Shown piece after piece: positions 1 to 6,799 of a DNA stretch of 26,313 nt (position 1 is the stretch's first letter; each line of letters opens with the position of its first letter). The notes below the pieces were generated by a model. It was given only the letters and a program-made list of their open reading frames with translations. It made no database searches and was not told where the DNA came from. Both the position numbers and the translations under genes were made by a program. The stretch comes from a virus (lineage: Duplodnaviria > Heunggongvirae > Uroviricota > Caudoviricetes): the IMG/VR virus record IMGVR_UViG_3300045253_000164, positions 1 to 26,313 of that record. The stretch is one strand, 5' to 3'.

Positions 1-225
1 GTCGAAGCGCGGGGGTCCTCGCAGCCGCACGTGGTAGCGCGGGGGTCCTCGCAGCCGCACGTCGAAGCGCGGGGGTCCTCGCAGCCGCACGTCGAAGCGC
101 GGGAGTCCTCGCAGCCGCACGTGGTAGCGTGGGGGTCCTCGCAGCCGCACGTCGAAGCGCGGGAGTCCTCGCAGCCGCACGTCGAAGCGCGGGAGTCCTC
201 GCAGCCGCACGTGGTAGCGTGGGGG
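1..225 (+). repeat. 30-bp coding tandem repeat, 7 full units plus 1 partial unit, V(E/V)A(R/W)(G/E)SSQPH
   Basis: Units start at 1, 31, 61, 91, 121, 151, 181 and 211 (partial). The invariant core is tcctcgcagccgcac. There are no spacers. Confidence 0.97.
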
Positions 226-732
226 TTTAGCCAACTTGTCGTGCTCGGCGTTGTGCGCGTTGAGGCGAAGCCAACCGTATCCATCGTCGGGTTTGGCAAG
301 CCCATCATTACCGGCACGGAGCGCGTGCAGTTGGTGCAGATTGCCACCGCCGCGCAGTGGTGCGACTTCTACGGCGCAGAGATCGACGCCGACGGTATTG
401 CGATCTTGTATAAGGCCGTGGACAAGGATTTCCGCAGCGGGCGTGGGTTTGCCTATGTCCCCGGCTCGACTCCCGCCGCACCAGATTGGGACGGTGGCAA
501 AGCGGAGTGTGGCGGCGGCTTGCACTTCACGGCGCATCCGTCCGCCGCGCAGGCGTTCTTCCTCGAGGCGACGCGGTTTGTTGCCTGCCCGGTGCGCCTG
601 GACGACATCGTGGTGCATGAGGACGCGCAGTATCCCTCGAAGGTGAAGGCCCCGCGCATCTGCGCACCGATCTACGAAGTGGATCGCTACGGGAAGCCGG
701 TGGCAGCAGCAGGAGCCGAGGCCACGGCATGA
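1..732 (+). CDS. 5'-truncated protein: decapeptide tandem repeats followed by a DUF7666-like C-terminal domain
   Basis: Frame is open from base 1 (VEARGSSQPH...), so the gene starts upstream of the window. The C-terminus YKAVDKDF...PDW...CGGGLHF...KVKAP resembles the DUF7666 domain that follows short repeats in phage proteins. The stop overlaps the next ATG (ATGA at 729). Confidence 0.7.
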   Translation, partial: VEARGSSQPHVVARGSSQPHVEARGSSQPHVEARESSQPHVVAWGSSQPHVEARESSQPHVEARESSQPHVVAWGFSQLVVLGVVRVEAKPTVSIVGFGKPIITGTERVQLVQIATAAQWCDFYGAEIDADGIAILYKAVDKDFRSGRGFAYVPGSTPAAPDWDGGKAECGGGLHFTAHPSAAQAFFLEATRFVACPVRLDDIVVHEDAQYPSKVKAPRICAPIYEVDRYGKPVAAAGAEATA

Positions 733-917
733 GCATCTTCGCCCAACTCCGCGTTGCCAACGACGACGGCGAGCGCCGGGTGCGTATCCGCATCGTCAAC
801 AAGACTGGTGGGGTACGCATGGTGCAGCTGCAGGAGCCCTTGCGCGTCGGGGACTACATCTTGGCGGCGGAGTCCGAGTGGCTGGTGGATCAGCCGGAAG
901 GGAGTGCAGCGCGATGA
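729..917 (+). CDS. hypothetical protein (62 aa)
   Basis: ATGA-coupled to both neighbours, with GC3-rich codons. Confidence 0.7.
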   Translation: MSIFAQLRVANDDGERRVRIRIVNKTGGVRMVQLQEPLRVGDYILAAESEWLVDQPEGSAAR

Positions 918-1252
918 GCAGACCAGATGCCGCAACACCGCTGTATGTGATCTTCGACGGGCCACCGTCGCATGAATCGGGGCGCTTCGTCGAAGTCGAG
1001 AACCTCCTGGGCGAGAGCGTCGGGCTCGGCGGCGCCTGGTCGCAGCGCCCTGACGGACTCTGGCAACTGGGTCCGTTCTTCTGTGCGCCAGTAACTGCTG
1101 AGCCTTTGATTGCCGCGCTGCAAGCCATCCACACCGAAGCGCTCGACAACATCGACGGCGCGACGGAATCGACCGGCAGCGATACCCGGTGGACGCGAAT
1201 TGCCGAGCAGGCCGAAACCGCGTTGCGTGCGGCAGGGGCGAGACTTCCATGA
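914..1252 (+). CDS. phage hypothetical protein (VIFDGPPSHESGRFVEVE motif)
   Basis: ATG at 914 overlaps the upstream TGA. The DGPP..ESGRFVEVE motif is one I recognise from small phage proteins of unknown function. Confidence 0.7.
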   Translation: MSRPDAATPLYVIFDGPPSHESGRFVEVENLLGESVGLGGAWSQRPDGLWQLGPFFCAPVTAEPLIAALQAIHTEALDNIDGATESTGSDTRWTRIAEQAETALRAAGARLP

Positions 1253-1587
1253 CCATCGCCCACCTCGACGACCATCGCCAGGAGCCGCGCCTGCAGATTG
1301 CGCCGAGCGATGATCCACTGTCCCATCTCAAACGGCGTGGCCACATGGGCGACGTCACCACCGACGAGCATGGCAAGGTCGGCTATCTGCCGATTCCCGG
1401 TAGCCGCCCCCGCCGCTGGCCCGAATGGCTGGTGATCCTGCTCGGCGCGGGGCTGTGTATCGGGCTGGTAGTGGTCAGCGTCCGGTATCACACGCGCCAG
1501 CTCAGGGCGCACGTGGAGTTGCTGGAGTTGGCGCTGAGTCGCTGCGCCGCGCATGCCGGCGAGTTGGCGCGGGAGTGCGGACGATGA
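1249..1587 (+). CDS. hypothetical single-pass membrane protein
   Basis: ATGA coupling at 1249. Hydrophobic stretch WLVILLGAGLCIGLVVVSV. Confidence 0.65.
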   Translation: MTIAHLDDHRQEPRLQIAPSDDPLSHLKRRGHMGDVTTDEHGKVGYLPIPGSRPRRWPEWLVILLGAGLCIGLVVVSVRYHTRQLRAHVELLELALSRCAAHAGELARECGR

Positions 1588-1868
1588 TCCGCCGCGCCGC
1601 CAGACTCACCGCCACCGCCTGCGCAATCGCTGCCGCGCTGTCCGTGGGCATAGGCGCACTGCTGCTGTCGCTGTTCCGTATCGGCGCAAGCGCGAATCAT
1701 TGGCGCAGCCTGGGCCTGCTCGGCGTCCTGGTCGCGATCGGTGTCGCCGTTCATCACGAATGGCCCGGTTGTCCGCAGTGCCGGCGCCGGACATTCAAGC
1801 GCCGCACCTGGTGTGACTGCGGGATGTATCTCGGCGCGCACGCGGAACGCTGGGAGGTGCAGCCGTGA
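1584..1868 (+). CDS. two-TM membrane protein with C-terminal Zn ribbon (CPQC...CDC)
   Basis: ATGA coupling at 1584. Two hydrophobic segments, then CxxC and CxC. Confidence 0.65.
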   Translation: MIRRAARLTATACAIAAALSVGIGALLLSLFRIGASANHWRSLGLLGVLVAIGVAVHHEWPGCPQCRRRTFKRRTWCDCGMYLGAHAERWEVQP

Positions 1869-2011
1869 AGTACGACGCCTTCTGTCGCTGGTGCGGCGCC
1901 GCGTTGAACATCAACTACTGGGAAGCCGCCGAGCGCGAACAACGGCTGCGAGAATTCCAGGAGCGTCACGCCCAGTGCGCCCCCGAGCAGCAGGAGGAAG
2001 CCAATGGCTGA
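1865..2011 (+). CDS. small hypothetical protein (48 aa, CRWC motif)
   Basis: GTGA overlap at 1865. My translation is VKYDAFCRWCGAALNINYWEAAEREQRLREFQERHAQCAPEQQEEANG. It is below the ORF-track size cutoff. Confidence 0.6.
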   Translation: MKYDAFCRWCGAALNINYWEAAEREQRLREFQERHAQCAPEQQEEANG

Positions 2012-2150
2012 GCTTCGCATCTGCCCTTGCTGCCGCATGGTGTTGCGCGGGGAGCATCAGCAGTCCGACGTTGAAGGGCGAGTGCATCGAGACGGAGCGG
2101 AATGCGGCCGGGCGCATCGTGGCCGTGCGGCGGGTGGGGGAAGCCCGTGA
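2004..2150 (+). CDS. small hypothetical protein (48 aa, CPCC motif)
   Basis: GGAGG upstream, ATG at 2004. Translation begins MAELRICPCCRMVLRGEH. The stop overlaps GTG at 2147. Confidence 0.55.
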   Translation: MAELRICPCCRMVLRGEHQQSDVEGRVHRDGAECGRAHRGRAAGGGSP

Positions 2151-2347
2151 GTAGCAGCAGGCCCGTACCGACCAAGACGTATCTCGGCGATGCCGTCTAC
2201 TGCGACTTCGACGGCTTCGGCTTCGTGCTCACAACCGAGGACGGCATACGCACGACGAACCGCATTGTCATGGAGCCGGAAGTCTGCGTGGCGTTCATCG
2301 ACTACATGCAGCGCATCAAGGAGATGCTGGAAGGGGCCACCGAATGA
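2147..2347 (+). CDS. phage hypothetical protein (YLGDAVYCDFDG motif)
   Basis: GTGA coupling at 2147. The YLGDxVY..FDG...TxDG...NxIxxEPEV pattern is one I recognise from small phage proteins. Confidence 0.7.
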   Translation: MSSSRPVPTKTYLGDAVYCDFDGFGFVLTTEDGIRTTNRIVMEPEVCVAFIDYMQRIKEMLEGATE

Positions 2348-2559
2348 GCAGAACCCGCAAGCTCGATCGCAACGGGCATACTCGCCACGAGCGCCAACGC
2401 ATGGCCTTCATCGCTGGCGTGCTCCAGGCGGTGCAGGAGAAAACCTATCCAGTCTCGTCGTGGTACTACAGCGGCGCCGGGGCTCTGGGTTGCCACAAGC
2501 GCGGGCTCGATCGTGGTCGCGAGGTGCTTGCGGACCTTCTCGAACGGGAAGGATATTGA
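2344..2559 (+). CDS. hypothetical protein (71 aa)
   Basis: ATGA coupling and GC3 bias. Confidence 0.65.
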   Translation: MSRTRKLDRNGHTRHERQRMAFIAGVLQAVQEKTYPVSSWYYSGAGALGCHKRGLDRGREVLADLLEREGY

Positions 2560-2562
2560 ACG

Positions 2563-2811
2563 ATGACGCCCAAAAACCGCACCGACTTCGCCGCATTTAC
2601 CCCATTCCCAAGTCCGGCGCATCCCTGCGAAGCCTGCTCACGGACGACGCATGGCGAACGGCTGTGCGGCGTGTGCTGGTCGGCACTTCCGCAGGACGTG
2701 AAGGACGTTTGTTACGATGCGGTTGGCCCGGACAAGGCCGCGTTCGACAAGGCGATGGATGCCGCCGTGGCAGTCGCAAAGGCGACCGACCGCAGATTGT
2801 GGGCGAAATGA
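2563..2811 (+). CDS. hypothetical protein with CxxC...CxxC Zn-finger
   Basis: CEAC and CGVCW motifs. Starts 3 nt after the upstream stop. Confidence 0.65.
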   Translation: MTPKNRTDFAAFTPFPSPAHPCEACSRTTHGERLCGVCWSALPQDVKDVCYDAVGPDKAAFDKAMDAAVAVAKATDRRLWAK

Positions 2812-3011
2812 ACACCATCCGAGACACCGCCGAATTGTTGCAGATCAAGAAGCAGATCGAGGCCCTGTCGCCGCCCGAGCGGCTGCGGTTAGCCGCGGGG
2901 CTCATCGAGCAAGGGAAGCTCAATCTCGCGGAAACGATTGCCGGCAGAGTCGTGGACGAATTGCGCCTCAAGAGGTTACTGGCGAGCGCGCCGAAGGTGA
3001 GCAATGCCTAA
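2808..3011 (+). CDS. hypothetical helical protein (67 aa)
   Basis: ATGA coupling at 2808. Translation begins MNTIRDTAELLQIKKQIEALSP. Confidence 0.65.
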   Translation: MNTIRDTAELLQIKKQIEALSPPERLRLAAGLIEQGKLNLAETIAGRVVDELRLKRLLASAPKVSNA

Positions 3012-3143
3012 CTGCTCCTGCTGCCGCACCACGCCCTGTCGCTGCACCATCGGCTGGTGCCTGCGCTGCGTCCGGTGCAGTGGCTGCTGTCAGTGCGTCA
3101 GCGCGGCTTGCGCAGAGAGGGGTGAGCGCCGTACAACGGCAGA
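3004..3143 (+). CDS. Cys-rich (12 Cys in 36 aa) reading frame with no stop of its own; the frame stays open to 3930
   Basis: ATG overlaps the end of the upstream gene. The first ~36 codons are GC3-rich. The 3' boundary is uncertain. Confidence 0.4.
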
Positions 3144-3356
3144 ATGGAGCCCAAGGTGCGAACAGTCACGACACGCGACGAGTACAAGAATCGACGCACG
3201 CCAGCCGAGCGCAAGTATACCCGGCTGCAAGTGCTGCTCAGCGGCGACCTGCTGGTGTCGGCCGGCTTCAAGAAGGGCTCCGAGTTTACCGCCGAGCGCA
3301 TCGCGGACGGCGAGATTCTCGTCAAGCGCATCGACCGCAAGCGCAAGAAAGTCTAA
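3144..3356 (+). CDS. SymE/AbrB-fold small protein
   Basis: LSGDLLVSAGFKKGSEFTAERIADGEILVKR resembles the SymE-family pattern L.G.WL..AGF..G..V.V....G.L.I. Strong GC3 bias. Confidence 0.55.
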   Translation: MEPKVRTVTTRDEYKNRRTPAERKYTRLQVLLSGDLLVSAGFKKGSEFTAERIADGEILVKRIDRKRKKV

Positions 3357-3419
3357 TTTAGAGAAGGGCTGCCGTACAAGCACTAATACTGTCGTTTTCC
3401 ACTTGTTGTCTAAATTAGA
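3352..3419. promoter_or_regulatory. two copies of the palindrome TCTAA-W-TTAGA (3352-3362 and 3409-3419) in an AT-rich intergenic region; putative operators
   Basis: TCTAATTTAGA and TCTAAATTAGA are exact reverse complements, and each is itself a palindrome around one central base. The region is much more AT-rich than its flanks. Confidence 0.55.
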
Positions 3420-3438
3420 AACCGCTAGAAGTAGCGGC

Positions 3439-3930
3439 ATGGCAAGCACTCGATTTACGCACGCAGCCGAGCTGAGCGACAGACGCCACACACTCCAAGC
3501 GCAAGCAATTCGCGCTGTCAGGCGCGCTGTTCACCGTGGCGATCTCCCGCCATCCTACGAGTACGATTGCGTTGATTGCGGTCTGCGCCCCGCGAACAAC
3601 TACGACCACCGCGACTATCGGAAGCCGCTAGAGGTCGAGCCGGTGTGTGGGCCGTGCAACTTCAAGCGTCCGCCGGCTGCGCCATTCGCGCCGGCTGCTG
3701 CATGGGACTGCACGAAGACGGCGCGCTGTAGGTTCTGCACGTTCAAGCTAGCAACGCTGTTCCCTTACGGAATCCCGTTCTGCACGCCGTCGATGGAATG
3801 GCGCCCGCAACTCGCGCTGCGGCAGTACGAGGCGGCGAAATATCTGTGCATGTATTGCCACGGCCCCCAGTGGCGGCATGGCGGTTCATGCCCTACTCGC
3901 GCCGAGCAGAAGGGGCTGGTGCTCCAATGA
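3439..3930 (+). CDS. HNH-like/Zn-binding phage protein
   Basis: AVRRAVHRGDL...CVDCG...YDHRDYRKPLEVEPVCGPCN fits the CxxC...DH..Y..P..V..VCxxCN HNH-like family. There are further CxxC pairs at the C-terminus. Confidence 0.7.
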   Translation: MASTRFTHAAELSDRRHTLQAQAIRAVRRAVHRGDLPPSYEYDCVDCGLRPANNYDHRDYRKPLEVEPVCGPCNFKRPPAAPFAPAAAWDCTKTARCRFCTFKLATLFPYGIPFCTPSMEWRPQLALRQYEAAKYLCMYCHGPQWRHGGSCPTRAEQKGLVLQ

Positions 3931-4151
3931 GCCGCCCCTACTACCAACAGCAGATCGCCGAAACCCTGGCCCGCACGGGTCGCCTCAACGCCGCGGACCC
4001 GCGCCACGTCGAAGCGTACATGCGCCTCGAATTCAGCACGCTCGACCATCTCGGCGGCGCTGCCTGGACACGTGCTGTCAGCGAAGCGCTGGATTGCGTC
4101 GAGGCCGACCCGGCAATGGCCGAGCGGCTGGCGCAGTCGGAAGGGCTGTGA
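3927..4151 (+). CDS. phage hypothetical protein (DPRHVEAYMRLE..TLDHL)
   Basis: ATGA coupling at 3927 and a motif I recognise from small phage proteins. Confidence 0.7.
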   Translation: MSRPYYQQQIAETLARTGRLNAADPRHVEAYMRLEFSTLDHLGGAAWTRAVSEALDCVEADPAMAERLAQSEGL

Positions 4152-4161
4152 GGGTGACGCC

Positions 4162-4569
4162 ATGATCGTACCGCGTGAACAGTGGCCTACCGCATTGCAC
4201 CACGGCCCCGAAGGCGCGCTAGTCGGCGTGTTCGTCAACGGCTGCGTCGCTCGCGGCGAAGGCTCGCGCTTCCGCCGACAGGCGCACGCACACACTGATG
4301 GTCCGCACCAAGGCTGGATTTGCATCCTGTCGGCGAAGCGCCTGACGGATACGCCGCTACTCCTGCATGAGTTGGCGCACATCATCACGGGCGAAGGGCA
4401 CACCGACACGTGGCGGCGGATGCTGCTCCAGATCGGCGGCACCTTGGACGGCAGCCGCGATAAGGGCGATTGCCACAAGCGCGAGGCACGCTATCGCGAC
4501 CCGAGGCGTCCCCACCTTGGACGCGCGCACCATACGGCGTGCCCATGTTTCGAGGTCGCCAATGGCTGA
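4162..4569 (+). CDS. HExxH zinc metallopeptidase-like protein (SprT-like)
   Basis: LLLHELAHIITGEGHTDTW contains HExxH plus a downstream third His ligand followed by the typical ...W. Confidence 0.7.
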   Translation: MIVPREQWPTALHHGPEGALVGVFVNGCVARGEGSRFRRQAHAHTDGPHQGWICILSAKRLTDTPLLLHELAHIITGEGHTDTWRRMLLQIGGTLDGSRDKGDCHKREARYRDPRRPHLGRAHHTACPCFEVANG

Positions 4570-4897
4570 CCAGACCTACCCCTGCCCCGAGTGCGGCGAC
4601 CCCTGTGAGCTGATGGAAGGCGAGCACCCCAAGTACGACCGGCGAACATTCAGCATCTACTGTGAGGGCTGCGACGAGCACTTCGAGGTCAGCGCCGCCG
4701 ACGTAGACGCTGCACGCACCGAGCAGCAAGGGCCACCCTGCCCCAACTGCGGGAAGCGCTGCGGCTTCGATGAACGCCACGCCCATGTGACCGAAAAGCA
4801 CGGCTTCACCCAGGGCCCCTACGAGGAGTTTGACGAGACATGGTTGGAGTGCCGGGGCTGCCATCAGCCGACGACGGATGCGGAGGTGCACGCATGA
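4562..4897 (+). CDS. double Zn-ribbon protein
   Basis: CPEC...CEGC and CPNC...CRGC motifs. ATG at 4562 overlaps the upstream gene end. Confidence 0.7.
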   Translation: MADQTYPCPECGDPCELMEGEHPKYDRRTFSIYCEGCDEHFEVSAADVDAARTEQQGPPCPNCGKRCGFDERHAHVTEKHGFTQGPYEEFDETWLECRGCHQPTTDAEVHA

Positions 4898-5196
4898 GCC
4901 GCGCCAGCCGCAACGCCCGTGTCGCCACGCTGTGCGATAGCCGGAGTGCATCGGTGCGCGACCTCGACGCCCAGCGTGTCGCTGAGCCCGAAGCCCGTAC
5001 CTGCCAATTCTGCCACCAGCCCTGGCCCAAGAATGGCCCCGTGTACGACTTCACCCGCGAGCATCTGTCCGGCGAATGCACGCACCCGTCACGGACCTGT
5101 AGCTGCTTCCACTGTCGGCGGGAGTACGGCGTGCAGTCGGTGTGGCTGCCGGAGATTGATCGCCTGGACGTCGAGGCGCTGCGAAAGAAGGGCTGA
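4894..5196 (+). CDS. Cys/His-rich hypothetical protein
   Basis: ATGA coupling at 4894. CQFC, CSCFHC. Confidence 0.6.
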   Translation: MSRASRNARVATLCDSRSASVRDLDAQRVAEPEARTCQFCHQPWPKNGPVYDFTREHLSGECTHPSRTCSCFHCRREYGVQSVWLPEIDRLDVEALRKKG

Positions 5197-5199
5197 CCG

Positions 5200-5373
5200 A
5201 TGTTCCGCTGCGAGATGTGCCTGAGCCCTGCCACCCACTGCTGTAGCGGCCTCGACGTACCGGCGCTGTACTTCTGCGACCGCTGCATCGTGCTGCATGA
5301 GGCGCAGTGTGACGCGGTGGCGACGGAGACAGCGGCGGTTGTCGCGATAGGGGACGGGAGAATCCAAGCATAG
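5200..5373 (+). CDS. small Cys-rich protein (57 aa; CEMC...CC...CDRC...H...C)
   Basis: My translation is MFRCEMCLSPATHCCSGLDVPALYFCDRCIVLHEAQC... It fills the gap between genes. Confidence 0.6.
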   Translation: MFRCEMCLSPATHCCSGLDVPALYFCDRCIVLHEAQCDAVATETAAVVAIGDGRIQA

Positions 5374-5447
5374 GACACGCGACGCGGCGCGTTACCGGGC
5401 CAGCCCTGCCGCGCTTCGGGCTGGCTCAAGGAGAGAAGGAGAAAGAG

Positions 5448-6005
5448 ATGAAAGTATCCGACCAATTTCCGAGCAAGTACCTCCGCGTTGAAGATTTAGA
5501 CGACGCCGACATGACGTTGACCATCAAGCGCGTCACCACGGAGGACTTGGGACAGGGCAACGAAAAGCAACGCAAGATCATCGTCTACTTCCGCGAGTGC
5601 GAGAAGGGGCTTGCCTGCAACAAGACCAACGCCGGCGTCATCGCAAAGCTCTATGGCGACGACACGGATATGTGGCTCGGCAAGCGCATCACGCTCTGGC
5701 CGAACCATGACGTGGAGTTCAAGGGCGAGATCGTCTCGGCGATTCGCGTGCGCAGCAAGGCGCCGGCACCGACAACCAATGGCGCAGCGACGAACGGCAA
5801 CGGCGTACTGACGTTCAAGAACGCTGTCGAGCTGTGCGAGCGCAACGGCATCGCCGTGCAGGAGCTGAAGGACTACCTGAAGTCGTGCGGCGTGAACGGC
5901 TGGACGCCGGACACCGCGGCGCAGTGCTCGGAGCTGACGCAGAAGTTCATCGCGGGGCTGGTCCCGCCCACCACGGACGCCAACGAAGACGTGCAGTTCA
6001 GCTAG
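5448..6005 (+). CDS. phage ssDNA-binding/annealing-type protein (FPSKYL family)
   Basis: FPSKYL..EDL...K.L..NKTNA..IAKLYGDDTD.W.GK.ITL is a widespread phage recombination-module family. Strong AAGGAG RBS and acidic tail (NEDVQF), as in SSB-type proteins. Confidence 0.65.
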   Translation: MKVSDQFPSKYLRVEDLDDADMTLTIKRVTTEDLGQGNEKQRKIIVYFRECEKGLACNKTNAGVIAKLYGDDTDMWLGKRITLWPNHDVEFKGEIVSAIRVRSKAPAPTTNGAATNGNGVLTFKNAVELCERNGIAVQELKDYLKSCGVNGWTPDTAAQCSELTQKFIAGLVPPTTDANEDVQFS

Positions 6006-6008
6006 GCC

Positions 6009-6359
6009 ATGCCCAGCGTCAGCGATACCTACGGCTCGCAGTTGGAGCCCGATCAGCTCTACGCCCAGCTCTGTGCCGCCGGCGAAGCATGGGCCGACCA
6101 CGAAGCTGCCGCATCGTTGCTGGAAGAGACACGGAAAGTCGTGCTCGCCGAGCTGAAGAACCAGAGCGCTGCGAAGAGTGACGCCGCAGCCGAGACGCTG
6201 GCCCTCGCAGACCCAGCGTATCGGCTGCACGTCACCAACATGGTGAACGCTCGGCGCGACGCCAACGTAGCCAAGGTGCGGTACGTGTCGTTGCAGATGT
6301 TGGTGGAGCTGCGACGTAGCCAGGAATCGACACGGCGAGCCGAGATGAAGCTGGTATGA
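6009..6359 (+). CDS. coiled-coil protein, possibly UvsY-like recombination mediator
   Basis: All-helical with an AE..ALADPAY motif. Lies between the SSB-like gene and the SMC-like ATPase. Confidence 0.5.
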   Translation: MPSVSDTYGSQLEPDQLYAQLCAAGEAWADHEAAASLLEETRKVVLAELKNQSAAKSDAAAETLALADPAYRLHVTNMVNARRDANVAKVRYVSLQMLVELRRSQESTRRAEMKLV

Positions 6360-6787
6360 GTAACTTGGGTCTGTCGATAGAAAATCGCATCGCCGAAGCC
6401 ACGGCGAACGGCGACGAGCCAATCCGGGGGCAGCAAAACCAACTGCTGCTGGATCTCGACACCGCTGAGGACATTGAGCGTCTAGCAGCACGGCTCGACA
6501 AGCTGCGCGAATTTCTCGCCGTTGAGCAAGTCGATTCGTGGACGTCGCAGTCCGGCAAGGGCCGGCACGTCGTGTTAGCCGTGACGACTGCCCAGCACTT
6601 CAACGGGCGCAATCTGACGGTCCCCGAACAGTTGCTGCTGCAGATGTGGCTGGGCTCCGACCCCCTACGAGAGCTGCTGAGTCTCATGCGGTACTGGCAA
6701 GGCTGTGAGCAGCCGAGCTTGCTGGTGCGCCCGAAGGCAGCGGCGCCAGCGCCGTCACCGACGGCTGAACCCGACATCATCTTTTGA
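6356..6787 (+). CDS. small protein with AEP (primase-polymerase)-like motifs
   Basis: LLLDLD (hhhDhD), TSQSGKGRHVVL (SGxGxH) and LGSDP. The fold is inferred from motifs only. Confidence 0.45.
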   Translation: MSNLGLSIENRIAEATANGDEPIRGQQNQLLLDLDTAEDIERLAARLDKLREFLAVEQVDSWTSQSGKGRHVVLAVTTAQHFNGRNLTVPEQLLLQMWLGSDPLRELLSLMRYWQGCEQPSLLVRPKAAAPAPSPTAEPDIIF

Positions 6788-6799
6788 ACGGAGGCACCA

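Noticed and set aside
1-225. CRISPR array or DGR variable repeat
   Set aside because: The units are contiguous with no spacers, have a period divisible by 3 and are in frame with a protein. The variation is not adenine-specific, and no reverse transcriptase or cas gene is in the window.
5396-5422. GCCAGCCC...GGGCTGGC hairpin before the SSB-like gene as a terminator
   Set aside because: There is an 8-bp stem but no U-tract, and a single GC-rich hairpin is weak evidence in 65% GC DNA.
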